DNA of 61,435 nucleotides, filler included, from Squatina squatina (lineage: Eukaryota): assembly GCA_031763465.1 (NCBI GenBank). It is 4 parts of 4 records of this genome, joined end to end, with 100 filler letters (N's around TTAATTAATTAA, not from the genome) between each part and the next. Parts side by side here need not be neighbours in the genome. Positions count along the whole stretch, not along the records: positions 1 to 14,539 come from JARFOE010000235.1; positions 14,640 to 29,708 come from JARFOE010000120.1; 2 more parts are not named here. One strand, given 5' to 3'. A model generated the notes under the pieces. That model saw only the letters and a program-made list of their open reading frames with translations. It ran no database searches and had not been told where the DNA came from. The position numbers and the translations under genes are program-made. How positions within the stretch are numbered: position 1 is the first letter of the stretch; the number at the start of each line of letters is the position of its first letter. Of the stretch, positions 12,403 to 24,955 are shown piece after piece.

Positions 12403-13024
12403 ATAATAATAATTATTATTGCAGGAAATAATAACCATTTCAGCCCCCGTGCTAGTAGGATATTAGTACTTGAGAAACAGGTTTTTTTTGAGCAGTGTTT
12501 TTAAAAAGTGGTTTGAGACGTCCTGTGCCCATGAAAGGTGTTATATAAGTGCAAGCCTTTTTTTCCTTCTCTAACACAAAATGAGTGTTCATGTTGGTTT
12601 CATTTAGAAGCCAAACTTGACTTTGACACGGCCTAGATCTACACGAGAGGAACAATAATTTACAGCATTAGTTATGAGTATGGAATAGTGAATATTAGGA
12701 AACTACAATTAATAGGTGTGACTAATTAATAAAAAAGACACACAATAAAATAAATGTTGCTCTTGTTGCACGCTATAGGTATCTAATAAATTATGGGATG
12801 TGGGGACTAAGTGCTCCTGACCAAAATTTCACCATGTAGGATCATGATATTATCATGGGCTTAGGCTTGGTAGGACCACTTTTTTTTATCATTGCTAAAT
12901 TTTTATTTTCAGTGCTGTACAATGGGTTGGGGTCATGTCATCCCATGCGTATCTTGGAGATATTTTTTGCTGTAATATGACTGCATAAAACTTGTCTATT
13001 GGTGGAATAGATTTGGGGGTGGAA

Positions 13025-13258
13025 AATTTAAATTGGGCAGAAAGGTTTTGCCCAATGTGACTGGCATATTGAGGAAACAGAAAATTGATAGAAAGGCATA
13101 CTGATAGTGACACAGGTGACAGGATCGACAGGTACAACAAATCTTACGCTGTATGAAGAAAAGGCAGAAAACTGGGATTAAAATGTTAAGGCGGCCATTA
13201 CTAACAAAATGGTAGAGCAGCCTCGATGGGCTGAATGACCTACTTTTGTTCCTGTGCA
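13025..13258 (+). mobile_element. Degenerate CR1 LINE 3' end
   Basis: Ends ggtagagcagcctcgatgggctgaatgacctacttttgttcctgtg. Confidence 0.55.
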
Positions 13259-13542
13259 TGTTGATGCCCTAATGCTCTTCACTGTATAAACGTCATACAG
13301 CAGTCTTACATTTTTGGGTGGGATCCTCCGCAATTTCTCACACTTGCTAACTTTGATAAGAGGATACCTGTTAGTAATAGTTTTACTGAGATGAAACAGT
13401 AGTTCCTAAAATCCATACTCAAGCTGTCACAGTGTATAATAATATTCTATGCACGTGTTTTATTCTGTGCAACTAAATATAAAATATCTGAAAGCTGAAA
13501 AACATGTTGCGTTGTTTGTTATTAATGTTATCACCCAGATAA

Positions 13543-14205
13543 TGGGCCAGAATTTCCGGTCCCAATGGGTCCCTCCGGGTGCGTACGAGGTGCTCACGCG
13601 CCCGTAGGGACCCCAAAGTTCCGGGTTTAGGGATGCACTGTGCATGCCCCTAAACCCAGAAGTTGCGATCTGTCAAGAGATCACATGCCTCCCCGGCAGA
13701 AGAGCCTCCGTGGGCGCAGAGTTGGAAGAAAGCCCTTCAAATTCTTACGCTGATAAAAGCAGATGGCGAAGAGTTTTAACAAATTGAAAAATAGAGTTTA
13801 ATCACTTATTTATTAAAATCCTGGTCCAGTGAGGAAGGTATATTTGTAGACACTTTAAAACATAAAAATTTTTTTTTTTAAAGAATACATTTTTGTATAA
13901 AATATTTAATTATTTAGCATTTTAATTAATTTTAATATTTGAGCTGTTCTTTTAAAATGTATTTTTATGTGCTTGTGGGTTTTTTGGTATCTCCATTCAT
14001 ACTTATGTTGAGCCCCGTCTATATGGAGATCAACATAAGTATGAATGAGGAGACCCCTACCTTGATTGGCTGGGGCCTCCCATGTGATCCTAACAGCATC
14101 TATAAATCACAGACGCTGCTAGGATACCTAGACCGCTACGCTAACCTTCGCGTACAGGGCCAGGAACGCAAATATCTGAAACCCCGGACGAAAATCCAAA
14201 AACTA
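13543..14205. mobile_element. GC-rich/AT-core non-autonomous TIR element (PIF/Harbinger-like MITE)
   Basis: Starts gggccagaatttccggtccc, ends ...ccccggacgaaaatcc; GC-rich arms around an AT-rich core; internal hairpin near 13623-13657. Confidence 0.5.
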
Positions 14206-14207
14206 GG

Positions 14208-14539
14208 GTCTTAAATCTAAACAAAGGAAACTACGAAGGTATGAGGCGCGAGTTGGTCGACTGGGGAACTAGACTAAATGGTATGATGGTAGGCAAGCAA
14301 TGGCTAGCACTTAAAGGATTATTGCATAATTTGCAGCAAATATATAGCCCTTTAAGGCAAAACAAAAACCGACAAGGAAAGTGTTCCAACCGTGGCGAAC
14401 AAGAGAAATTAAAGATAGTATTAAATCAAAGGAAGAGGCTTATAAGTTTGTTGGAAAAACCAGTAAGCCCAAGGATTAGGAGAATTTTAAAATTCAACAA
14501 AGGAGGACCAAGAAATTGATAAAGGAAGGGAAAAGAGAA
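14208..14539 (+). mobile_element. CR1 LINE ORF2 (endonuclease-RT linker) fragment
   Basis: LNLNKGNYEGMRRELVDW..L....VGKQW..LK......QQIY.P is the typical CR1 ORF2 tether sequence. Confidence 0.8.
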
Positions 14540-14639
14540 NNNNNNNNNNNNNNNNNNNNNNNNNNNNNNNNNNNNNNNNNNNNTTAATTAATTAANNNNN
14601 NNNNNNNNNNNNNNNNNNNNNNNNNNNNNNNNNNNNNNN
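14540..14639. other. Artificial scaffold-concatenation linker
   Basis: 44 N + TTAATTAATTAA (14584-14595; stop codons in all six frames) + 44 N. Confidence 0.97.
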
Positions 14640-15447
14640 GTTGTTAGAAAAATTAAATCAGCTAAGGGACCTGAATGTTCTTTACTTATTTAGAAATGTT
14701 TGAGCCACAATATTCAAGTTTCTGATGAAAACCATTTAAACATAACTGCACCTGAGGTGCTGAGAATTCAGTTCTGAGAGTTTGGCTCCCACCCTGACAC
14801 CTTCTTCCTATTCATCCTGCACAGTTTCAGAGAGATGCTAATTATGCTGATGTGGCATCGGCTGTTGCCTCATCCCCAGATGCAACACAGACATTTTTCA
14901 AAGCCATAACAGACTCATGTTTACAGCTATAAAGTAAATGAGTTTTAAATTAGGCAGTAGATTGCTGTGGCATTAAATATTACCAGGGAAGCTGGAGTTC
15001 ATTTGTACAGCAGGGGCATATGTTTTCTCTTTTAATTAAACAAGCTGAGGAATGACAGTTTTTTTTTCTGCCCACTTGCTATTTCATGACAGTATCAGGT
15101 ACTCCAAGGTTAATACTGAATACCAAACAAAGGTTTTTGCTTTGCCCTAGTATTATGCCAACACTGAATGCCACAGACAGCTCCCTCTGCTTTGCCCCAC
15201 CAACGTGTTTTAATCCAAATATCAGAAGAACAACAATTCCCCACACCAGCCACCTCAAAGCAGCATTAACCCCGTCACCTCTCTGGGCCAGATTGCCAAC
15301 TAGTCTGGGGAACGCTGACCTTAAAATGTCACATATACCTTTTCTACAAACCTAATTTTGCTGGAGAACAATATTTCATTTTAAAACACATTTTAAAAGT
15401 GTTATTTAAAAGTGTTTTTGTTTGTTTTTCTACAAAGATCAACTTAC

Positions 15448-15703
15448 ATAATTCCATTCACTAATAGTTTTTAGCAGAAAGGAATAGTTCTTGCCAGTTT
15501 CTAAAGCAGCGTTATAATACTCTCTGTAGTACAGCCGGTCTCCGACAGAAAATTGCATCCCATCCTCAACATCCATTGCCATGAATTCTGCTGTGACATA
15601 TGCTTCCTTGCCTCTTTTGTGGCCAAAGAAACTTCTCATGTTTTGGGAATTGCAATCGAACGAGTGTTGCAAATGTAATGGCAAAACAACCACCTGATAA
15701 AAG
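15448..15703 (-). CDS. SUSD1: Sushi domain-containing protein 1, internal exon (membrane-proximal extracellular region)
   Basis: tttcttcctctttag|C ... TAT|gtaagt; 256 bp. (S)FYQVVVLPLHLQHSFDCNSQ...AYVTAEF...VGDRLYYREYYNAALETGKNYSFLLKTISEWNY aligns with human SUSD1 SYQVLVLPLALQSTFSCDS...[33 protein letters not shown]. Confidence 0.9.
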
Positions 15704-15806
15704 CTAAAGAGGAAGAAATAAATTAATTAAAAATGAGTCGCTGTGAGATAAAAAAAGTCATGGACATTGTATCAAACACCTACTGTCTCCTTACGAACAA
15801 TAATTA

Positions 15807-16310
15807 TTATCTCGGCGCACCTCCAATTCTGACCTCTTGTGCATCCCCAATTTTCTTCACTCCACAATTGGCGGCCATGCCATTTTTTGTATTCATTCAG
15901 GGGATGTGGGAATCATTGGCAAGGCAGCATTTATTGCCCATCCCTAATTACCCTTGAGAAGGTGGTGATGAGCCGCCTTCTTGAACCGCTGCAGTCCTTG
16001 TGGTGAAGGTACTCTCACAGTGCTGTTCGGTAGGGAGTTCCAGGATTTTCACCCAATGACGATGAAGGAACTTCATCTGTCTAGGCCCTAAGCTCTGGAA
16101 TTCCCTCCCTGAACCTTTCTGCCTCTCGACCTCTCTCTCTCTCCTGCTTTCAGACATTCCTTAACACCTACCTCTTTGACCAAGCTTTTGGTCACCTGTC
16201 CTAATGTCTCTTTATGTGGCTCGGTGTCAAATTTTGTTTGATAATCGCTGCTGTGAAGTGCCTTAGGACGTTTTATGGCGTTAAAGGCGCTACATAAATG
16301 CAAGCTGTTG
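15807..16310 (+). mobile_element. L2 LINE 3' end interrupted by a nested minus-strand CR1-group LINE tail (15882-16070)
   Basis: Flanks ...ttggcggccatgcc | cttcatctgtctaggccctaagctctggaattcc... join into the continuous L2 sequence whose reverse complement is at 6440-6495 and 40740-40800. Confidence 0.8.
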
Positions 16311-17149
16311 TTATGGTTTGCGAGAAATTTAAAAACAAAACCTCAAGTTGCACTATCGATATCGCTGTCCTCAGGCTGGACTGGCCAGCAGTATCCACTC
16401 CCAGCNNNNNNNNNNNNNNNNNNNNNNNNNNNNNNNNNNNNNNNNNNNNNNNNNNNNNNNNNNNNNNNNNNNNNNNNNNNNNNNNNNNNNNNNNNNNNNN
16501 NNNNNAAGTCAAGCATTTTACTTTCATAGTTGGAAACTAGGCTACACTTACCATCGGGGGGCAGATGTTCTGCTTTCTCTTTCATTGCGGCAAATTAGTA
16601 GTTTAGCTCAGAGGAGTTTGTCATCCAACATCTGTGTGACTGAAGCCTTCACGGCAATCCCCATGGGCTCAGTGAACAATCAAACAAAAATGGATTTCTA
16701 ACGAGTTTGATTATAAATAGTGTTTGTTAACAGTGACATAAATGCTAAGATGTTGGATTTAATAGGAGATTAATTTCCTCCGGCCCGCCTAGTAGGAGGA
16801 TAATATTTTTGGAATGAGCAGGTGAAAGAGGAAAATACAGGGTGATGGTTTGCTGATGCAGTTTTGGTTTGTAACCGCAACCCACCACATGGTAAATTTA
16901 TGGGGTTAAGACTCTAACAGAAATGGCGCTGAGTGTCCACGAAGCGGGCATCAGACCATCTTCAAAACATTGTTTTTCTAGCTGCACAGGATTACTGACA
17001 AGATGGGAAAATTGGGAAATGGCACTCAGCATAAGGGAAGATAAAGTAATGATGCTGCTTACATTTATATTGTGCCCTATCATGTTGAAATGCTCAACAT
17101 GCTTCACTCACGATGAATTTTAATAGTGAATGTTGTAATGTAAACAAAC

Positions 17150-17360
17150 AGGCTGATATTGGTTAGCAATGTTCCACCAACAGCGATGAGATGATTGATC
17201 AGTAACACTGTGTTTTGGTATTATTGGTTAAGGGAGAAACATTTGCTTGTATGCCAGGCAGAAGTCTCTGGATCTTCTTCAAATAAAACCATGGGATCAT
17301 TGATGTCCACATGATCAACCAGAAGAGACAGGCAGTAACTCAATTTAACTTCTCATCAAT
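17150..17360 (-). mobile_element. Old Deu-domain SINE fragment
   Basis: Degenerate match to 57790-57950 (ttggttaagggagaaacattt...cttcttcaaataaaaccatgggatc). Confidence 0.55.
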
Positions 17361-20300
17361 TACTGTGCCATTACTGTCAACTCACCATATGGTCAAACAT
17401 ATCACCATCACTACTAGTGTTAACTCCACTCCCGGATACTACCAGCCACATCAGAGAGCAACATTACACTTGCATTGGCTATTGATGTACATGGCTGTGC
17501 CAGGGTTTCTGTATTAGAGTGAACACGTGAGGCTCAGTTCAGTCGGGGGATTACTATTAATTGTAACCCAAACATCTAAAAGCATAAAAACAAGAAATGC
17601 TGGAATTGCAAGCTAGCATTTTCAGGTACAACAGTTATTTGTTTATGTTATTCTTCATGATCATGAGCTTTACATAGGAATTGCTAGACAAAAAAAGCAT
17701 CTAGTTCACCTTCCACCATGGTGGTAGTCACATGATACAATGATACAGTGTTATACAAAATCTCCTTGCATTGTTAAAACTAATAATTATCCACATATAA
17801 TTCCGTCAATAAACTTTAGCCTTTCATCATGCCTTTATACCATAGACATTCTGGTTAGCGGGATTGTTTTCTGGTAAGTACCTCGAAACTGTGTGGAGGA
17901 CCAGAGGAGTCATGCAGTACCGAGCTTAAATATTCAAGAGAGAACACAGCAGACACTAAAAAATCAATTGGTTTGCTCTGCTGGTTTTTACTTAATGATC
18001 TACCTGCTATAAAGAGGGCAAACAAAAGCAACAGGGGTGACTGTGGCCAGCAGCTGAGGAAGGCTGATGCTGGCATCTTAAGGGTGAATTGCTGTGTTCC
18101 ATTGCGCTGTTAGATGGTGTGCAGGAATCCCAGCAAATGGAATCTGCATTAGGAAAGAATTAGANNNNNNNNNNNNNNNNNNNNNNNNNNNNNNNNNNNN
18201 NNNNNNNNNNNNNNNNNNNNNNNNNNNNNNNNNNNNNNNNNNNNNNNNNNNNNNNNNNNNNNNNAACTCCTCCCCTTCCAACATACTGAGCCAACGAATA
18301 GCCTTTTTTCTTGACAAGTACAAGGACAGTAAATGTGAAAGTTTTCCTCATGGTGTAAAATAAAAGGACTCATTTTCAGTTTTAATGTGAGTGGTAGCAG
18401 ATTGGCCGCCCATTATACATGCCACCTGATTTTCCTTTCAATTGATTGCCCCGGCTGAAACTAAAAATTATGCCCAAAGTGTTCAAAGGCAACAGACATA
18501 GCTCTTGTAAATTTGTTTAGGAAAATAGTTCCTCACTTTATCTCTCTTTTATTTCTAACTAATGTCTTGAAAAAAATACAAGCGTAAAATGTGTGGGGAA
18601 ATAAATGTGATGCACTTCACTTTAACCTTGTGCAGAAAGTTGTTTTAAGAAGAGTCATAGTAAGCTAGAAGCATGGTACTTTAGAGTAGATAACAATTGA
18701 TTGAATAGTGTTTATTGTGTTACTGTATGTCAACAAACTGGGCAGGACTGCTTGTGCAGGGGTCACATTAAGGACTTAATTAACAGAGATTTCTATTAGC
18801 AGGGTGGCTGTGCCGTCAAAGACAGCCATTGTTCAGTGGGAGTGAAGGAAGAAGAATGTGTAGATCCAGTAAAGATTTAATGAGACAGCAGGTAAATAGA
18901 TAACATTGAGGTTATTGACCCAGTATAAGAGCTGAGAGCCAGAAATCATCCATCTTTCAAGCTCTAAAATTAACTCCATGGNNNNNNNNNNNNNNNNNNN
19001 NNNNNNNNNNNNNNNNNNNNNNNNNNNNNNNNNNNNNNNNNNNNNNNNNNNNNNNNNNNNNNNNNNNNNNNNNNNNNNNNNCCTTGCGATGTTTTACTAA
19101 GTTAAAGGTGCTATATAAATGTAAGTTATTGTTGTCATTGTTGTTAGCGATCCAATTATTTTTTTTTACCATTTATGCTCCAGTCTGGCAATTATGGTGA
19201 TGTTATAGGTCATGGATCATAGCCACCAATTATTTCAATCAATTTTAAACCAAATAGAGGTCATGCACAAGGTAGTTAGCATTAGATATGTAATTCGAAG
19301 AAAATCAAATCTTTCAATAACTCGCTCCCTTCCGCCAAGTACATAGAGAGAAACCTAACCTTCTTTAAGTTCTAAAGGTCATTCATTTGTTCATGAATGA
19401 CAGCCACAAACCGTCCTATGTTATATTGTTTGTCTCAGAAGCATTTTATTGGTGGTAAACTGCAACAATTCCGTTGTGGCATTAATAATACACTGGGTTA
19501 TATTTGCTCATGGTATAACCCTGGACGACAAAGGTACAATCTGAGAACTGAAGAGGAATCTTTCCATAAATCCCCATAAAACCCCTCAAATATTGCCCAA
19601 AGACAATTCTCTCTTGTAAAACTGATGTGTGTACAATGAAAGTGAGGCGAACAAACTTTGTTAAGACTTTATTATCAACTTGTTAACGCTGCTGACTTGT
19701 TTGGCAGAGAAAGAGTTGATGCTTTCCTCACTTCCAAAACAATTTGAGGAGGTCGATATTCTCGACAAGCCAAACCTGAATTGATCTGAATTGAAGAATG
19801 GATCTGAAACTGTCCGAGGGGGAATATTGCTCTTTTTATGTGAAGTAAAAGACATTTTATTTTACTAAACTGTTATTAGAAACCAATGGCAGTTTAATTG
19901 AAGTTTTCTATGCTTATGCACACATAGGAGCATATATCCACAGTCTTGCAGTTCATACTATCTGAAACAGGCTTTCCAAGGGGTAATTGCCCCATTGTCA
20001 TTTCCTACCTGAATTTCACGCTCACACAGCCTCACAGTCTTGCTCAATACCCGGCTGACTTGATGGAGCTGCGGCTCATTATTAAGTGCGCGAGATGCTA
20101 TTGTGTTTTATGAACTCTCTGCGTAGTAAGGCATATATGTGACAGACTTATGCTGGGAGCACACACACACTGTAAATCAGCTGTCGGCCACATAAATCAT
20201 CATTGCTTTCTTCTGTAATATATTGCACAAAAGCACTGACTCACAAAGTCATGCACTTCAACAAGTAATGTGATCATTGATCAAGCCTCAATTGTAAACT

Positions 20301-20443
20301 TGCCACACCTGCATGCACCGTTGCCAAGCCTTTAACTTGACTGCAATCAGAAGTTCATCATAACGGCATAATGTGACAAATACGGCTTTTCTGCCCAAGT
20401 CAAGAGGGGCACTTGAACTGTAAAGGGCAAAATTTATGAGTCA

Positions 20444-20868
20444 AGGGGCCAAAATTGACTTGCACCTCATTGGGGTGCTTACGGGGCGGGAGCCGACATT
20501 TCTCGCACCGGCGCCCGCCCTGTCCCACCCCCCGTGGAATTCGGTGAACCGGGGCATGTGCGAGTCGCAACGCGCTCCCGGCTGCAACCGAGACGGCTGC
20601 CTTCTTACATCGCTGGCGTGGCTTCAGCACCACGCCAACTATGTCAGATGCGCCTTGTCAGCAGCACTACCAGGCCTCCCTTAAAGGGGAGGGCCACCGG
20701 CCATCCTGACAGCACCCCGCGGCCCGACACTGGGCCACCAGGGATGCCGGCGACCGGGCCACCAGCCTGGCACACCAGTTGGCGTGCAAGGCGAGGGGAT
20801 GATGTCCCGATCTGGCTGAGGGCCGCCATCAGTCGGCCGAAAACAGAATTGTCTGACAAATTAAAATG
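20444..20868. mobile_element. GC-rich TIR element (PIF/Harbinger-like MITE) left arm
   Basis: Starts ggggccaaaattg; contains cccttaaaggggagggcc like 37640-37660; CpG-rich with no credible ORF. Confidence 0.55.
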
Positions 20869-20968
20869 NNNNNNNNNNNNNNNNNNNNNNNNNNNNNNNN
20901 NNNNNNNNNNNNNNNNNNNNNNNNNNNNNNNNNNNNNNNNNNNNNNNNNNNNNNNNNNNNNNNNNNNN

Positions 20969-21045
20969 TGGTACCAACGTGCACCACCACTTCCGGCTGC
21001 TCACCTTCCCCCTTAAGGATCCTGAAGACACGATCCGAGACGTCA
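20969..21045 (-). mobile_element. CR1 LINE ORF1 (SGNH esterase domain) fragment
   Basis: Minus frame reads DVSDRVFRILKGEGEQPEVVVHVGT, the CR1 ORF1 esterase motif preceding GTND. Confidence 0.8.
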
Positions 21046-23654
21046 ATCCGAGTTGGGGGGTGCGGGGGGCACAGTGGAGATGGGAGAGACGGCAGGGTGA
21101 GAAAATGATCCTGGAAGAACCACTTCCTGTCTGGGTGAGATTGGCCCAGAAGTAATCTCTAAGAAGCACATACTAATCATGCTAGTTTTAAGTAAAGGTA
21201 GATCTGCTGGTTGTGTTCTCATTATTTGTCATACTCCTTTGTTTAGATTTCTGCCTCCTTCCGAATCGTATTTCCTTGGCCCTATTCACATTAGCTGAGT
21301 GAAAGTATTTTTTATATTATTTTAAAATGGCAGGTGCATTATTTTGGTTTTGTTGGTCTCATCTCCCACATCTTTCTTTTCTCTAGCTCCTTTATTTCTG
21401 GCATATTTAGGCCCTAGCCATAACACAAACTAAATGAAAGTTGTAATTGTGACATCTTGGAACATTTTAAATTACGTGGATGAGTGAAAGAATTGGGCAG
21501 AGCTGCAGTGTGATGCAGACACTGAGGCAGGAGTTCTCAACTGGCCTCCTGAGTCTCACTGCAGATGATTTAAAAAAAAACTACAGCAACAGTCTTAAAG
21601 CAAAACTGACAGATGGGCTTTAAGCTATTGACCTAACATTGAATTGTCTATGGAATCTGCAGAAGACCAACTACAACAAGCAATGATATCACAAACAAGG
21701 CAGGTACTTGCGGGCAACAATTAGTGTTTCACAGTCCGTGATTGCTTTTACAAATCAAACACTTACATGCACATTGCATGTCAATATTTAATTTTCTATA
21801 TTTTTGTGGATGGATCTGATTACTTAGTTTCAATATTCATTGGTAATTGTAGCTAGATTAATGAATTATTTTATTTCAAAATGTCATTTAAAATCTATTT
21901 TCATAGAAATTGATTTCCATTTACCTATTTAATGATTAAAAGTTGCAATTTGCTCTCGCTCCATCATCTTGTTTGGCAACTCATGCATTTTGACTCCAAT
22001 TAATGACATCACAATCGAACCTCATAATAAAATATAGCAGGTTAAACAGGAAAAATGTTTAAACTACCTGTGGATCTCCCATAATGTTGCTCACGGTGTG
22101 TTGGAGGATACGTTGTTTTAAACTTTGTAATGTGCAATATATTAACAGGTCTGCTGATTTATGAAGTAAAATTGTGCTTTTATTGCAAAGCATTACAGCA
22201 ATGTCTGCTGTATTGTCAGGTTCAAATGACAATTATGTCCACCTTTTCATGGAAATTATAAATCAGTAAATTACTATTGTGTTTACTTAGCTGAATACTC
22301 AATTTAATATCTTGCTTTATTTTTTAAAAAGCAGAAGAGTGCAGGGTCCACAGCAAGATGATAAGGAAGATATTCCAGGTTACTGGAAGGCAAGAGGCAT
22401 GTAGAAGTACTGGGGGATTGGGGATTGGGGGGTTTGGTATTATTGGAAGGGCAGCCCACTGAATGTGGGGAGAAAGGGGGTGGTCATGCAATACAANNNN
22501 NNNNNNNNNNNNNNNNNNNNNNNNNNNNNNNNNNNNNNNNNNNNNNNNNNNNNNNNNNNNNNNNNNNNNNNNNNNNNNNNNNNNNNNNNNNNNNNNGGCG
22601 CCGGGGGGGGGGGCGGGGAGACGGACAAATAAGTTAAATGCAAATTGACATAATTTCAAGGACAAGCAGCAAATAAAGGAATCAAGAATGTGGTCTGGGA
22701 CAGAAACCTTCAGCAAGCTCAAGTCAAACATTGAAAAGGCATTGGGTGCTGAGAGGAATATGTCAATTTAATTGGAGAGCGGGCTGTGATTAGGAGAGAC
22801 AGCAGCTGCTGTAATTCAGTTTTTAGTCATGTAACAATTTCTCATAAAAAAAATCACATGGCTGAATTTTGATTTATTAAGTTATAGAAATTGTGTTATT
22901 TTAAATAATGCAGAATCCAACTTTGTGTTTCACACACGTCACTGAGTTATATCGCTCACTTTAATTTATTTGAAGTGAGCAATATAGTCAGACACTGTAA
23001 AACAGCTATTTGCAGGGACAATATACTCAACACAAATTCAAATTAACTCTAAACATCTTGAAAGGAAAGCATCTACCCTTGCAGCATCAGGCTTGAAATT
23101 ATTACTTGTATCAAGATCAAGTTATCTTACAAGCTGCAGTCCTGCCTGATCGATGCCACCAAGCAGATGGCTTCCTTACAATTGGAGTTTCTGTGGATCC
23201 ATTCGCAATATACTTGGAGGCCATCATCCATCCCTGCCCCCAGGTAAAGCTAGCCAGGAGAACAGTTTAAAATCACAATCAGCAGGATCCTAGTGGCTTT
23301 CTGGCAGGTAAGTAACCTGGGCGATTTTAACTGTCCACCTGCCCGTTTCCATCATTGGGTAGGGTTAGAATTAGCCGCCCCCACCCCCTGCCTAGTAGTC
23401 CGAAGAATCTTTTACTGAGTCACCTTTGCAGGTATTAACAGCCATTCGGCAAGCTGTCATTAGCAAGTGTCTCATCTACTCAATACACAAACTATACTCC
23501 CTACGAGTGCACATTATGGTGGCCAAATGTACTCTTATCAACATTGGCCTTTCCACTAACTCGACTATCATGGATCCCATTCATTTGCTATTACTTTAGT
23601 CTACAACATCCTAAAAGAAAATCTTTAACATAGCTGAAATAAAGTGGCTTGCTA

Positions 23655-23879
23655 ACTCACTTCGGAGGGCAGTTAAGAGTCAACCACATTGGTGTGGGAT
23701 TGGAGTCACACATAGGCCAGACCAGGTAAAGACGGCAGATTTCCTTCCCTAATGGACATTAGTGAACCAATTGGGTTTATACAACAATCCAACAGCTTCA
23801 TGGTCGCTTTTACTGGTAGTACCTTTTTATTTGCAGGTTTAAAAATATATATATATTTCAAATTATCAAAGTGTCATGG
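23655..23879 (-). mobile_element. Shark retroposon terminal fragment
   Basis: gggcagttaagagtcaaccacattggtgtgggattggagtcacacataggccagaccaggtaaagacggcagatttccttccc resembles a common chondrichthyan interspersed repeat; family not assigned. Confidence 0.5.
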
Positions 23880-24035
23880 NNNNNNNNNNNNNNNNNNNNN
23901 NNNNNNNNNNNNNNNNNNNNNNNNNNNNNNNNNNNNNNNNNNNNNNNNNNNNNNNNNNNNNNNNNNNNNNNNNNNNNNNAGGAAGCCGCCGATTGCAATT
24001 TCAGGGCCATTGTCTAGTAGTGTCCAATGTCCAAA

Positions 24036-24242
24036 GCACAGTGCAATGCACCCCATTATCTGGCAGTATAGTAACACAGACCGTTATCTGTCAGCACTAA
24101 CAAAGCCTATTATCTGTCAGCATACTGAAGCAGTATATATTATCTGGTAGCAGAGTGAAGTACAGCACATTATCAAGCAGCATTGTAACAGAATAACTCA
24201 TTATCTAGCAGTAGAGTGTGATACAATACATTATCTAGCAGG
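24036..24242. repeat. Degenerate ~30-bp minisatellite (core cattatctrgcag)
   Basis: About 7 recurrences of ttatc(t/a)..cag; one further unit resumes after the LINE at ~24965-25005. Confidence 0.7.
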
Positions 24243-24955
24243 TAATGACCATCTCCAACTAGAGAGAGTCTAACCATCACCCTTTGACAGTTAATGGCAT
24301 TGACATCACCGAATCCCCCTCCATCAACATGCTGGGAATCGCCATTGACCAAAAACTCAACTGGGTCAGTCAGATAAATGTTGAGACTACTACAGCACAT
24401 CAGAGGCTGGTTATTCTGTAGTGAGTAGCTTACCTATTGGCTCCCCAAACCCTGCCCACCATCTACAAGGCACACATCAGGAGTGCGATGGAATACTCTC
24501 CACTTGCCTAAATAGGTGCAGCTGCAACAACACTCAAGAAGCTCGACAACATCCAGGACAAAGTAGCCCCATTGATTGTCAGGCATTCCACCACCTTAAA
24601 CATCCATTCCCTGCACCACTGGCGCACCAAGGCTGCAGTGTGCACCATCCACTAGATGCACTGCAGCAACTCGCCGAGGCTTCTTCGACAGCACCTCCAA
24701 AACCCCCAACCTCCGCCACCTAGAAGAACAAGAGCAGCAGGCACATGGGAACACCAATACATCCAGGTTTCCCTCCAAGTCACACACCATCCCAACATGG
24801 ACATATATTGCCGTACCCTTATCATGACATGGTCAAAATCCTGTACCTTCACCACACAGTCTGTAGAGATTCAAGAAGGCTGCGCACCACCTTCTCAAGG
24901 GCAAGTAGGGATGCCAACCTGGCCAGCGATGCACATATCCAAAGAATGAATAAAA
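24243..24955 (+). mobile_element. 5'-truncated CR1-group LINE (post-RT ORF2 remnant plus 3' tail)
   Basis: MLGIAIDQKLNW..., TIYKAHIRSAMEYSPLA, TTLKKLDNIQDK; tail ...gatgcacatatccaaagaatgaataaaa; same family as 15882-16070, 28329-28615 and 50678-50750. Confidence 0.85.

Noticed and set aside
14584-14595. TTAATTAATTAA palindromic motif recurring three times
   Set aside because: Always centred in 44+44 Ns; a synthetic six-frame stop linker, not a biological element
19661-19855. 64-aa Ser-rich minus ORF
   Set aside because: No recognisable homology or convincing splice/Kozak context
20400-21016. GC-rich overlapping ORFs / apparent CpG island (also 37324-37952 and 3511-3991)
   Set aside because: Open in several frames only because of GC content; they coincide with TIR-type repeats and show no protein motifs
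22410-22485. G-run cluster as a G-quadruplex element
   Set aside because: At a contig edge in low-complexity repeat-like sequence with no functional context
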